Origin: an uncultured Alphaproteobacteria bacterium
GTDB lineage: Bacteria > Pseudomonadota > Alphaproteobacteria > Sphingomonadales > Sphingomonadaceae
Assembly: GCA_963740025.1 (NCBI GenBank)
Contig: CAVUCI010000011.1
Coordinates: 294,825-358,824, forward strand
Direction: 5' to 3'
DNA: 64,000 bases
The notes below the pieces were generated by a model. That model saw only the letters and a list, made by a program, of their open reading frames with translations, did not search any database and was not told where the DNA came from. Both the position numbers and the translations under genes were made by a program. Each line of letters begins with the position of its first letter. Position 1 is the first letter of the stretch. This document shows positions 29,005 through 39,683 of this stretch, in pieces.

Positions 29005-29918
29005 CAGGCAGGTTCCTTTTGGGGAAATTCGGGGTGACGGGTCTGGACCTCGAGCTGCTTGATCCGGACTTCTACGTTCATGTCGAGCTGGCTGCCTTTG
29101 ACCCCGCGCCATGTGCCCGAGAGCGGTGTCGCCTGGCGCGGGTCGCGAGCGACGGCCACGCGGATCAACCCGCGATTGCCGACGATCCCGTTGGTCGGAT
29201 CGAATTCGACCCAGCCTGAGCCGGGCAGGAACACGCGCACCCAGGCATGGGTCGAATGGCCGCCGACGCGGGCGTTCTCGTTGTCGGGCTGGTAGAGGTA
29301 TCCGGAAACAAACCGTGCCGCGAAACCGAGCGAGCGCACTGCCTCCATCATCAGCAAGGCGTAATCGCGGCACGTGCCCGAGCCGAGCGAAAGCGTGGTG
29401 ACGGGGGGCTGGATGCCCTTGGTCTCGCGCGCCTGGTAATCGAAATCGCGCTTGATGCCCTCGGTCATACGCTTGAGCAGGGCGAGCGTGCCGTTCGGAT
29501 GATCGACATCGACGAAGCTCATCGCCCAGTCGTCGATGACCCGGTCGCGGTCGTTGTAGTCGCGTTCGATCGAACGGAGCAGGTCGGGCATGTCTTCGGC
29601 CGAATAGGTGAACGGATAAGATGCGGCGTAGGGTTCGACCTGGATGTCCTCTTCGCAGGTCGGCAGGTGCTCGACCTCCGCCGTCCCGCGGACTTCGAGC
29701 GTGTCGGCGCGCCGGTCGAAGGTCGCGATCGCCACCGCGTTGCCGAATACGTCCTGCAGCCAGCGCAAGGAAACCGGCTCGGGATCGATCTCAAGCGATG
29801 CGGACAGCACCCGCTGATCGTAGCTCTCGCGCGGGCGCACGAGGATGCGATGCTCGCCGAATGCAACGTCGCGGCGGTAGCGGTAGCGGGTCACGTGATT
29901 GATCGAAACTGTCGGCAT
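29004..29918 (-). CDS. transglutaminase family protein with Bact_transglu_N-type N-terminal domain (paralog A)
   Basis: Start is MPTVSINHVTRYRYRRDV (ATG 29918). The Cys-His-Asp triad context is intact: GSGTCRDYALL, HAWVRVFLPGSGWVEFDPTNG. Confidence 0.85.
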   Translation of the reverse strand: MPTVSINHVTRYRYRRDVAFGEHRILVRPRESYDQRVLSASLEIDPEPVSLRWLQDVFGNAVAIATFDRRADTLEVRGTAEVEHLPTCEEDIQVEPYAASYPFTYSAEDMPDLLRSIERDYNDRDRVIDDWAMSFVDVDHPNGTLALLKRMTEGIKRDFDYQARETKGIQPPVTTLSLGSGTCRDYALLMMEAVRSLGFAARFVSGYLYQPDNENARVGGHSTHAWVRVFLPGSGWVEFDPTNGIVGNRGLIRVAVARDPRQATPLSGTWRGVKGSQLDMNVEVRIKQLEVQTRHPEFPQKEPA

Positions 29919-29976
29919 GGTGGGGTCGGCGTCCGGATTGGCCAGGCTGGGGAAAACGTGCGAATGGCGCTGGCCT

Positions 29977-30732
29977 ATGGCTGCACCTCTCTTCCTCAAC
30001 CCGCGAGACCCGAATCCGGTCCAAAAAATCCTGCCGGACCGGACGGATAGCCCGTTCGTGCTGGTGGGTGATCATGCGGGAAGTGCGATCCCGCATTCGC
30101 TCGGCGATCTCGGATTGAGTGCAGCCGACCGTGCACGCCACATCGCCGTCGACCTCGGCTCGCAGGCATTGGGCGAGGCACTCGCAAGACAGTTAGGCGC
30201 GCCCTTCCTGTCGCAAGCCTATTCGCGGCTGGTGATCGACTGCAATCGAGCTCCGGACCATCCGGAATCGATCGTCGGATCAAGCGACGGCACTACCGTT
30301 CCTGGCAATCTCGGCCTTGACGAGGCGCGGCGGATGGCGCGTGTGGATGAGGTCCTGGAACCGTACCAGCAGGCGATCGGGGAATTGCTCGATGCGCGGC
30401 CGCAAGCCATCCTCGTGTCGGTGCACAGCTTTACGCCGGTGATGGGAGGCGCGCTGCGACCGTGGGAGATCGGGGTGCTCCACGATGGCCACGAGGATGC
30501 TTTTGTCCTGAGGCTGCTTTGGGCCTTGAAGGCGCGCGGTGATGTGGTGGTGGGCGACAACGAGCCGTATCGCATGGACGATACCGACTACACCGTCCCG
30601 CGTAACGCCTACCCACGAGGTCTATCGTACGCAGAGATCGAAGTGCGGCAGGACTTGCTGGCGGACCCAGATGGCCTCGCGCGAATGGCAACGATCCTCG
30701 CCGGCGCTCTGAATGACGCCCTCCCGGCATAG
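29977..30732 (+). CDS. N-formylglutamate amidohydrolase family protein
   Basis: Start is MAAPLFLNP (ATG 29977). Contains FVLVGDHAGSAIP, RLVIDCNR and VSVHSF, typical of the FGase family. Confidence 0.78.
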   Translation: MAAPLFLNPRDPNPVQKILPDRTDSPFVLVGDHAGSAIPHSLGDLGLSAADRARHIAVDLGSQALGEALARQLGAPFLSQAYSRLVIDCNRAPDHPESIVGSSDGTTVPGNLGLDEARRMARVDEVLEPYQQAIGELLDARPQAILVSVHSFTPVMGGALRPWEIGVLHDGHEDAFVLRLLWALKARGDVVVGDNEPYRMDDTDYTVPRNAYPRGLSYAEIEVRQDLLADPDGLARMATILAGALNDALPA

Positions 30733-30764
30733 AAAAAGGCCCGGCGGATCGCTCCACCGGGCCT
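30732..30764 (-). terminator. intrinsic terminator downstream of groEL
   Basis: Stem GGCCCGG (30738-30744) / CCGGGCC (30757-30763). The T-run on the minus strand is AAAAA at 30733-30737 on the + strand. Sits between convergent genes. Confidence 0.7.
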
Positions 30765-30788
30765 GGATCTTCAGTGGTCGCTGCGGGC

Positions 30789-32471
<1,683 letters not shown>

Positions 32472-32485
32472 TCAGGGCGCGGCAA

Positions 32486-32773
32486 TCAGCCGACGATCCC
32501 CATGATGTCGCTTTCCTTCATGATGAGGAGGTCCTCACCGTCGATCTTGACCTCGGTGCCGGACCACTTGCCGAACAATACGCGGTCGCCGGCCTTGACG
32601 TCGCACGGAGTGACCTGGCCCTGGTCGTTGCGGGCGCCCGAACCGACGGCGACGACTTCGCCTTCGCTCGGCTTTTCTTGCGCGCTGTCGGGGATGATGA
32701 TGCCGCCTGCGGTCTTGCTGTCAGCCTCGATGCGGCGGACGAGAACGCGGTCGTGCAACGGACGAAATGCCAT
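32486..32773 (-). CDS. groES: co-chaperonin GroES
   Basis: Start is [16 protein letters not shown] (ATG 32773) within track ORF 32486..32866. 95 aa. Confidence 0.97.
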   Translation of the reverse strand: MAFRPLHDRVLVRRIEADSKTAGGIIIPDSAQEKPSEGEVVAVGSGARNDQGQVTPCDVKAGDRVLFGKWSGTEVKIDGEDLLIMKESDIMGIVG

Positions 32774-32803
32774 GATGCTTGCCTCTCTCGGTTGAGTAAA
32801 CTT

Positions 32804-32830
32804 TTGGCACTCTCTCTGTAAGAGTGCCAG
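32804..32830. promoter_or_regulatory. CIRCE inverted repeat (HrcA operator) upstream of groES
   Basis: TTGGCACTC-N9-GAGTGCCAG, compared with the consensus TTAGCACTC-N9-GAGTGCTAA. Lies 31-57 nt upstream of the groES start. Confidence 0.85.
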
Positions 32831-32893
32831 CGCTGGCGCATTTAATGTGCGCCGGTTCGAGGTCAAGCGGTGGGGCGTAAGATTTTTTCGGTT

Positions 32894-34297
32894 CTATGGG
32901 GCGCCTCGTGGCGCGGGAAGCAGGCCGAACTGCTCGCGCAGGAGCCAGCGACCGAGCAATCCGGTGGAGACAGCCACCAGCGCGACGAGAAGGCCGATCC
33001 ATACACCTAGGCCTTGCAGCGGAGTGCGGAAGCCCAACCACAGCATCGTGGTCAGTCCCGGAATCCAGAAACCGGCGAGCGCGATCCACATCGGCGCGCG
33101 GGTGTCTTGTAGCCCTCGCAGAGACCCCGCCGCAACCGCCTGGAATCCGTCGAACAACTGAAACGCTGCGGCCACCCGCAAATACAGCACGGCATAGCCG
33201 ACCGTAGCCGCGTATTGCGGGGCGCGTGGGTCGATATAAAGCGACAGCAGAGTCAGCGGAGAGAGCAACATCGCGGTCGCGGTCGTGAGCATGAACCCGG
33301 TGCCGACCGCGATTGCCGACCAACCGGCCCGGGCGATCCCATCGCGATTGCCTGCTCCATAGTAATAGCCGACCCGGATCGTCGCGGCCTGCGATATGCC
33401 GAACGGTACCTGGAACGCGAACGAGGCGAGCTGAAGGGCGAGCGTGTGCGCGGCAAGCTGGTCGGCGCCGATCCGCCCGATCATGAACGCGGCGCTGTTG
33501 AACAGGCCGCCCTCGGCAATGATCGTCAGCGTCACGGGCGCGCCGAGCACGACGAGGCGGCGGAAGTATTGCCAATCCGGACTCCACCAACGCCCGAAAA
33601 TGTGAAAGGCGCGCAGCCGGCGATCGGTCTGAATCAGCGCAACATAGGCCAGTACGCCGAGCCAGGCCGTCAGGCTGCTCGCGATGGCCGAGCCGATCAT
33701 CCCCAACGCGGGCAGGCCGAAGTGCCCGAACACAAGGGCGTAGTTGGCAAGGGCAGCGAAACCGACCTGCATCCCGACGACGACTGTCGCAATGACCGGT
33801 CGGTCGAGCGCAGAGACATAGCTGCGCAAGACGTTGCAGATCAGCATGGGAATCGCCGCCCAGCTCACGACCTTGAGAAAGTCGCCGGCCCGCGCGGCTA
33901 TCTCCACTTCCTGCCCGGTCAGTAGCATGAAGTCTTCGCCCCACAGCATCGCGATCGCGAGCAGCACGGCGCTGATAACGGCAAGCCACAGCCCCATCCG
34001 CGTCGCTCGGCGCACCTCGCGCACCACCCCGGTCCCCCGACCGAGCGCAGCGGCGATCAGTGCGGAAACCATCCCGGTGAGGCCGGTGAGCGACCACATC
34101 AAAGTGCCGAACAGCGCAAACGAGAGGCTTGCGGCGGCGAGCGGGATGGTGCCGAGCCGGGCGATGAACATCACGTCTATCGCCCAGACCATCATCTGAA
34201 GCAGGTTGGCCGCGGCCAGTGGCCAGGCGAGCGAGAGCGTCGCGAGAACCTCTCGCTTCCAGGCCGCCCGGGCATCGGCATCGTGTGTGTGCGACAT
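32894..34297 (-). CDS. MATE family efflux transporter
   Basis: Start is MSHTHDADARAAWKREVLATLSLAWPLAAANLLQ (ATG 34297). About 12 TM segments, typical MATE N-terminus. Confidence 0.82.
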   Translation of the reverse strand: MSHTHDADARAAWKREVLATLSLAWPLAAANLLQMMVWAIDVMFIARLGTIPLAAASLSFALFGTLMWSLTGLTGMVSALIAAALGRGTGVVREVRRATRMGLWLAVISAVLLAIAMLWGEDFMLLTGQEVEIAARAGDFLKVVSWAAIPMLICNVLRSYVSALDRPVIATVVVGMQVGFAALANYALVFGHFGLPALGMIGSAIASSLTAWLGVLAYVALIQTDRRLRAFHIFGRWWSPDWQYFRRLVVLGAPVTLTIIAEGGLFNSAAFMIGRIGADQLAAHTLALQLASFAFQVPFGISQAATIRVGYYYGAGNRDGIARAGWSAIAVGTGFMLTTATAMLLSPLTLLSLYIDPRAPQYAATVGYAVLYLRVAAAFQLFDGFQAVAAGSLRGLQDTRAPMWIALAGFWIPGLTTMLWLGFRTPLQGLGVWIGLLVALVAVSTGLLGRWLLREQFGLLPAPRGAP

Positions 34298-34408
34298 AAA
34301 GCCGGCCCGGATAGGCCCGCGCCCCTGCCTGCAAAAGGGTTGCCTGAACTGCGGACGCATTTTTGCTTCAGCTTGCGGCAAGCGCGACACAGCCTAAGGA
34401 ATCGCCCC

Positions 34409-34942
34409 ATGCTCAAAGCCACAACCGCAGTCGCCATCGCGGCTATCGCTTCGGTCGCCATGCCGGCCCACGCTGGCGAACTCTACGGAGGTGCCTACAA
34501 GCACGCCGTGGACACTCCTTTCACGCTCGATTCGGGTGAGGGTGGAGTCGATTTGCAGTTGGGCTACCGACTCAATCCGATCATTCCTGTGGCGCAAATC
34601 GAACCATACGTGTTCGCCTCTGTGAACAGCCAGGAAGGCGGGACCGACTTCGTCGGAATCGGCGTCAGCCGCAAGTTCGGTTTGGGCGGGGTGTATGTGC
34701 GACCGGGCGTCGGGCTCGTCGTCCACGATGCGCCGGAACTGCGAACGAGCGCCACGAGTGGTCTAAGGACCGATCTGGGCAGTCGCGTGCTGTTCGAGCC
34801 GGAAATCGCGATCGGCATGGCCGTTGCCCCGCGCGCGAGCATCGAGGCGAGCTGGGTGCACATCTCGAATGCGCGGCTGTTCGACAGCCAGCAAAATCCT
34901 GGAATTGACATGATCGGCGTGCGGGCGAATCTGAAGCTTTGA
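34409..34942 (+). CDS. acyloxyacyl hydrolase / lipid A deacylase (PagL)-like outer membrane protein
   Basis: Start is MLKATTAVAIAAIASVAMPAHA (ATG 34409, AAGGA upstream). Small beta-barrel-like sequence with WVHISNARL (H-x-S-N). Confidence 0.6.
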   Translation: MLKATTAVAIAAIASVAMPAHAGELYGGAYKHAVDTPFTLDSGEGGVDLQLGYRLNPIIPVAQIEPYVFASVNSQEGGTDFVGIGVSRKFGLGGVYVRPGVGLVVHDAPELRTSATSGLRTDLGSRVLFEPEIAIGMAVAPRASIEASWVHISNARLFDSQQNPGIDMIGVRANLKL

Positions 34943-34973
34943 CGCCAAACGGTCTGCGCCTACAGCGGGGTTG

Positions 34974-36731
34974 ATGGAGCACGAGGCCGCAACCCACTTC
35001 CTGCGCGATGCGGTGATCATGCTCGGCTTTGCGCTGAGCTTCGTTCTGCTCTTCCGTCGCCTCGGTCTCGGTGCAACACTGGGCTACCTCGTCGCCGGTG
35101 CGGTGATCGGCCCCCAGGTGCTCGCGCTCACCGGCGAGGCCGAGGGCAAGATCGCCATCGCCGAACTCGGCATCGTCTTCCTGCTGTTCGTCGTCGGCCT
35201 CGAGCTCGCTCCGCAGCGGCTGTGGCGGATGAAGAAGGAGATTTTCGGTCTCGGACTGGCGCAGGTGCTGCTCTGCGGTGCGGCGCTGACCGGTGCGATC
35301 GGACTGCTTACCGGTTTCAGCTGGCCCGCATCGATCGCGCTCGGTCTGCCGCTGGCGCTGTCGTCAACCGCGCAGGTCCTGCCGATGCTGCAATCGGCCG
35401 GGCGTCTGAGGACTCCGTTCGGTGAGCGCGCCTTTTCGATCCTGCTGTTCCAGGACCTCTCAATCATCCCGATGATCACCGTGGTTGCCGCGCTCTCGCG
35501 CAACCCTGCCGATGAAGGCGGCCCCCCGGGATGGCAGTTGGCGCTCACGACCTTTGTCGCGATCGTGGGCCTGCTCCTCGCCGGCCGATTCCTGATTCGG
35601 CCGCTATTCCGCCTGATCGGCCGCTTCGGCGAACGCGAAATGTTCATCGTCGCCGCGCTGTTCACCGTGATGGCGAGCGCCGCGACGATGGAACTGCTCG
35701 GGCTTTCGACCGCGCTCGGGGCCTTCATCGCGGGCGTGATGTTGGCCGACACGCCCTATCGTCACGAGCTGGAGACCGACGTCGAGCCGTTCCGTTCGAT
35801 CCTCCTCGGCCTATTCTTCCTCGCCGTCGGCATGATGCTCGATCTGCACGCGATCGCCGAACGCCCGGTTTTCGTGCTCGTCGCCGCAGTAGGGTTGATT
35901 GCGATCAAGGCTGCCGTGATCGGTGGCATCGGAAAGTTCATGGGCATGACCTGGCGCGGCGCCCTCGCGCTCGGCCTGTTGCTGAGCCAAGGCGGCGAGT
36001 TCGGATTCGTCATGTTCGCGCAGGCGCAACAGGGGCTGCTGATCGAACCCGAAGCCGCGAGCCTGTTTGGCGCCATCGTTACCTTGTCGATGGCCTCCAC
36101 GCCTTTCCTTATGATGCTGACCGCACCGCTTCGCCGCGAACCAGCTGCCAACGAGGGGCGCGAGGGGCCGCGCAAGGACGGTGCGAGCGCGTTGGTCGTC
36201 GGTTACGGCCGGTTCGGACAGACCGTCGCGCAGATGATGATAGCGAGCGACATCGCCGTAACGCTGATCGACACGGACACGGAGATGATCGACGTCGCCG
36301 GAGAGTTCGGCAGCAAGGTCTATTTCGGCGACGGAACCCGGATCGACTTGCTGCGCCAAGCGGGAGCAGCCGAGGCGGCGGTGATCTGTTTCTGCCTTGA
36401 CGGGAAGCAGATTGACAAAGAGCTGCTCGGAGCCGTGCATGAGGCATTCCCGAACGCGAAGATCTTCGTGCGCGCGTACGACCGGATCACCCTGATCGAT
36501 TTGCGCGATGCACACCACGATTACGCGATCAGGGAGGTTATGGAATCGGCCATCGCGATGGGCCGAGCGGCCCTCGACGCACTCGGCGATTCGCAGCAGG
36601 ACATCGACGAGGCCGAGGATCATTACCGCAAGACTGATGCCGAACGACTCAACGCCCAGCGCGAGGCGGGCGATTATCGCGCTGCGCGCGACATGGTCAT
36701 CCGCCAGTCCGAGCGACCGCAGAGAAGTTAG
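34974..36731 (+). CDS. CPA2 family monovalent cation:proton antiporter with C-terminal TrkA-N (KefB/KefC-like)
   Basis: Multi-TM exchanger domain, then a Rossmann-type ALVVGYGRFGQTVAQ. I chose ATG 34974; the track start 34971 is TTG. Confidence 0.85.
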   Translation: MEHEAATHFLRDAVIMLGFALSFVLLFRRLGLGATLGYLVAGAVIGPQVLALTGEAEGKIAIAELGIVFLLFVVGLELAPQRLWRMKKEIFGLGLAQVLLCGAALTGAIGLLTGFSWPASIALGLPLALSSTAQVLPMLQSAGRLRTPFGERAFSILLFQDLSIIPMITVVAALSRNPADEGGPPGWQLALTTFVAIVGLLLAGRFLIRPLFRLIGRFGEREMFIVAALFTVMASAATMELLGLSTALGAFIAGVMLADTPYRHELETDVEPFRSILLGLFFLAVGMMLDLHAIAERPVFVLVAAVGLIAIKAAVIGGIGKFMGMTWRGALALGLLLSQGGEFGFVMFAQAQQGLLIEPEAASLFGAIVTLSMASTPFLMMLTAPLRREPAANEGREGPRKDGASALVVGYGRFGQTVAQMMIASDIAVTLIDTDTEMIDVAGEFGSKVYFGDGTRIDLLRQAGAAEAAVICFCLDGKQIDKELLGAVHEAFPNAKIFVRAYDRITLIDLRDAHHDYAIREVMESAIAMGRAALDALGDSQQDIDEAEDHYRKTDAERLNAQREAGDYRAARDMVIRQSERPQRS

Positions 36732-36877
36732 GCGCCATAATCCATGTAGAGCGCGACCGCTCCTACAATCCCCACGATAAGCGTCACGAAGCCAAGTAAC
36801 GCTGACGGACCACGGGCTTTACCCATGATCACAAGACCGCCGAGTATCAGTATGGTCGCGACCGCGATCTTGACCAT
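36728..36877 (-). CDS. hypothetical 49-aa two-TM membrane peptide (below track size cut-off)
   Basis: My translation: MVKIAVATILILGGLVIMGKARGPSALLGFVTLIVGIVGAVALYMDYGA. GAGAGGA lies 7 nt upstream of the ATG. The 3' end overlaps the convergent kef stop by 4 nt. Confidence 0.4.
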   Translation of the reverse strand: MVKIAVATILILGGLVIMGKARGPSALLGFVTLIVGIVGAVALYMDYGA

Positions 36878-37040
36878 CGTCACGTCCTCTCACGAGGTGC
36901 GAACCCTTCGTCGGTCGATTATGCGGGCCAAGGATGATGAGGCAAGCTAAATCCTCTCTCGATTCCGAGTGCCAAAATTTTTGGACCGCCCCTTCCCTCA
37001 ACGGAATGGGGCGGCCCGATTGCCGGGCCGCCCTCGCGTG

Positions 37041-38156
37041 TCAGAACGTCTTTGAAAGAGATATCGACAGGCGCCAGGTCTGCGGCAACTGGATACCATT
37101 GAGATCCTGCATGACCGGCAGCGCCACTTCGGCGCCGAGCTGCGGTGGCTTGGCTCCCCCCATGGGCAGCGCCCAGTTCAGGCCGAGCCCCGCAGAAAGC
37201 GTGTCGCCGCCGTAGTTTGCCTGCCGGTCGGGCGGTGCGGCGTGGTTGTGGCCCGCATTGTAGTGGCCGAGTACCTGGCCCTCGTGCCGCCATTCGAGCC
37301 GCGCGGTGGTGCCGAGCGATGGCGTCAGCAGGTAGCTCGCCCAGGCCGTGGCGCGAGCGACGTCTCCGAATGCGAAGCCGCTCGCGTTCTCGCTCGAGGT
37401 CCGCCAGCGGTAGGCCCCTTGCGCTCCCCAACCCAAGGCGCCGTCGCGGCCATGGATGGTGAGCGAGGGCTCGATGTCCCAGGTTCCGCTACCCGGCTGC
37501 ATTCCATAATGGACGAAGGTGCCGTCGGGGTTGGTCTTTTCGATCGAGCCGGTCGGCACCCAGACCCCCAGGGTGGCATGCGCGCCGAATCTGCGGGACC
37601 GCGCAAGGCGCCAGGATGCCGACACCAGCGTGTCGCCAAAGCCCTTGGTCTCGTGCGTATGTGTCATCCTGTAGCCCAGCGTCATGTGGCCAGTGTGATC
37701 CATCCCGGCCATTCCGCCGGTAGACCCCGTGTCCATCGGATCCATGCTCGCCGGATCGATGCCGACCATCGTCATGGTGTGCTTCATGTACATCGGCATG
37801 ACCATGAGGGTGAGCTTGTCGTTGGGCGCGTACATCAGGTCGAGCATCGCCATGTCCATGTCCATCGACTGCGCTCTCGCAGTGTATCCGGCTGCAACGA
37901 TGGCGCTGTCGGCGATCGTTTCCGTGCCGGATTGGGTGGCGCCGGAGTGATGACTGCGTTCGAGCCGCAGGCCGATCATGACCTCTCTTCCATTGTGCAT
38001 GTGTTCGTTCATCATCCCCGCAGCGGGATGGAGCAGCGGCGCATCGACGGTGATTTGGTCCGTATCGTCGTAGGACGTGGCATCCTGCGCCGACAGAGAA
38101 TCCAGCGCAGCAGTAGCGGCCAGCGCAATCGCGCCGGCGGAAAAGAAAGTCTTCAT
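37041..38156 (-). CDS. Met/His-rich outer-membrane beta-barrel protein (transporter-like)
   Basis: Signal peptide MKTFFSAGAIALAATAALDSLSAQ. Ends in a C-terminal aromatic residue (LSISLSKTF). Met/His-rich insert MDMDMAMLDLMYAPNDKLTLMVMPMYMKHTMTMVGIDPASMDPMDTGSTGGMAGMDHTGHM. Confidence 0.7.
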   Translation of the reverse strand: MKTFFSAGAIALAATAALDSLSAQDATSYDDTDQITVDAPLLHPAAGMMNEHMHNGREVMIGLRLERSHHSGATQSGTETIADSAIVAAGYTARAQSMDMDMAMLDLMYAPNDKLTLMVMPMYMKHTMTMVGIDPASMDPMDTGSTGGMAGMDHTGHMTLGYRMTHTHETKGFGDTLVSASWRLARSRRFGAHATLGVWVPTGSIEKTNPDGTFVHYGMQPGSGTWDIEPSLTIHGRDGALGWGAQGAYRWRTSSENASGFAFGDVARATAWASYLLTPSLGTTARLEWRHEGQVLGHYNAGHNHAAPPDRQANYGGDTLSAGLGLNWALPMGGAKPPQLGAEVALPVMQDLNGIQLPQTWRLSISLSKTF

Positions 38157-38210
38157 TGTCGTATTCCGATTGTCCGATTGGAGAAACCGGCATCCCAGCC
38201 GGTGTCGCGA

Positions 38211-38600
38211 TCAGGCCTTCGGGGGTGGCGCGCGGGCCGGGGGGAGCTGTCTGTGCGACTGCGCCAGAACGAAATGGTCGTGTAATTCCCGATAGTCGTT
38301 CTCGGCCTGTAGCGGCAAGAGCGGGATCGGCGGCCAGCTCGAAGGCGCTGCCGCGTGAGTCAGTGCTCCGAACGCGCAAGGTGCCTGCTCGCGATCATGG
38401 GTGTCGCCGCGCTCGTTATCCTTGCCCGTGATCGGAAGGAGAACGACCTGGCCCGAGGTGCACAGCTTTACGGCGAGCGTGCCGCCTGCGGTGTCGGGCA
38501 TGTAACCCTGCGGGACCGCCGCGCGCACTATTAGCGCCAGCGCGAGGAACGCGATGACGACGCCGAAATGGCGATGAAGTGCGGCGCGCAGCGGGTGCAT
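38211..38600 (-). CDS. DUF2946-like small membrane-anchored protein
   Basis: Start is MHPLRAALHRHFGVVIAFLALALIVRAAVPQGYMP (ATG 38600). The P-x-G-Y-M motif and conserved Cys (KLCTSG, APCAFG) match my recollection of DUF2946. Confidence 0.55.
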   Translation of the reverse strand: MHPLRAALHRHFGVVIAFLALALIVRAAVPQGYMPDTAGGTLAVKLCTSGQVVLLPITGKDNERGDTHDREQAPCAFGALTHAAAPSSWPPIPLLPLQAENDYRELHDHFVLAQSHRQLPPARAPPPKA

Positions 38601-38644
38601 TCGCGGCGCCCTTAGGTGGCAAAAGCTGCCTGCGCAATCGGCCA

Positions 38645-38680
38645 AGCGAAAAGGGCGGCTCGCTTGCGCGGGCCGCCCTT
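38645..38680 (-). terminator. intrinsic terminator downstream of rplL
   Basis: Stem GGGCGGC (38653-38659) / GCCGCCC (38672-38678). Minus-strand reading gives the hairpin followed by TTTTC. Confidence 0.65.
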
Positions 38681-38720
38681 CGCGTGTCTCTCGAAGAGAC
38701 GAGGTTCGTAAGCGAACGGC

Positions 38721-39098
38721 TTACTTGAGCTCGACGGTGCCGCCGGCTTCCTCGATCTTCTTCTTGATCTCTTCGGCTTCCGCCTTGTTCACGCCTTCCT
38801 TGACCGCCTTCGGCGCGCCTTCGACGAGCGCCTTGGCTTCGGTCAGGCCGAGTCCTGTGATGGCGCGGACTTCCTTGATGACCTGGATCTTCTTGCCACC
38901 GTCGCCGGTCAGGACGACGTCGAATTCGTCCTTCTCTTCGGCGGGGGCAGCGGCGTCGCCGCCACCCGCGGGGGCTGCAACGGCGACAGCAGCGGCGGCG
39001 CTGACGCCCCACTCTTCTTCCAGCGCCTTGGCAAGCTCGGCGGCTTCCATGACGGTCAGCTTCGACAGTTCTTCAACAAGCTTGGCGATATCGGCCAT
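38721..39098 (-). CDS. rplL: 50S ribosomal protein L7/L12
   Basis: [32 protein letters not shown] ... [16 protein letters not shown]. Confidence 0.98.
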   Translation of the reverse strand: MADIAKLVEELSKLTVMEAAELAKALEEEWGVSAAAAVAVAAPAGGGDAAAPAEEKDEFDVVLTGDGGKKIQVIKEVRAITGLGLTEAKALVEGAPKAVKEGVNKAEAEEIKKKIEEAGGTVELK

Positions 39099-39167
39099 GA
39101 TGTTTCACTCCAAATTGGGCCGGGGCGTTTCTGAGCCCCGAGAATAGTTGCTTTCGGGAAAAACCGC

Positions 39168-39683
39168 TTACGCAGCGTCCTTGGCGGCATATGCGCCGAA
39201 GACGCGGGCAAGCTTGCTGGCGGGCGCGTTGACGAGCTGGACGACCTTGGTCGCCGGCGCGTTGACGAGGCCGATCAGCTTGGCACGCAGCTCGTCGAGG
39301 CTGGGCATCGAGGCGAGCGCCTTGACCCCTTCCGCGTCGAGCACCTGGCTGCCCATCGATCCGCCGACGATTTCGAGCTTGTCGTTCGTCTTGGCGAAAT
39401 CCACCGCGGCCTTTGCCGCTGCCACCGGGTCGGTCGACCAGGCGAGACCGGTCGGGCCGGTGAGGAAATCCTCGAGGCCCGAATAGTCGGTGTCATTGAG
39501 CGCCAGCTTGGCCAGACGGTTCTTCGCCACCTTGTAGGTCGCACCAGCGTCACGCATCTTCATGCGCAGATCGGTGGACTGGGCCACCGACATGCCGAGG
39601 TTGCGGGTGACAACCACCACGCCGACCTCGTTGAAGACTTCGCTCAGCTCGGCGACCGCATCGGCTTTCTGCGAACGATCCAT
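39168..39683 (-). CDS. rplJ: 50S ribosomal protein L10
   Basis: Start is [35 protein letters not shown] (ATG 39683, GAAGGAG upstream) within track ORF 39168..39887. Confidence 0.95.
   Translation of the reverse strand: MDRSQKADAVAELSEVFNEVGVVVVTRNLGMSVAQSTDLRMKMRDAGATYKVAKNRLAKLALNDTDYSGLEDFLTGPTGLAWSTDPVAAAKAAVDFAKTNDKLEIVGGSMGSQVLDAEGVKALASMPSLDELRAKLIGLVNAPATKVVQLVNAPASKLARVFGAYAAKDAA

Noticed and set aside
32838-32867. Promoter-like CTTGAC ... TTAAAT upstream of CIRCE (sigma32 or sigma70 promoter for groESL)
   Set aside because: The spacing between the candidate -35 and -10 is only about 15 nt by my count, and the -10 does not match the alphaproteobacterial sigma32 consensus well. This is too weak to annotate.
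38416-39012. 198-aa Arg-rich minus-strand ORF overlapping rplL
   Set aside because: It is an alternative frame of rplL and its terminator region. The composition is Arg/Pro/Gly junk.
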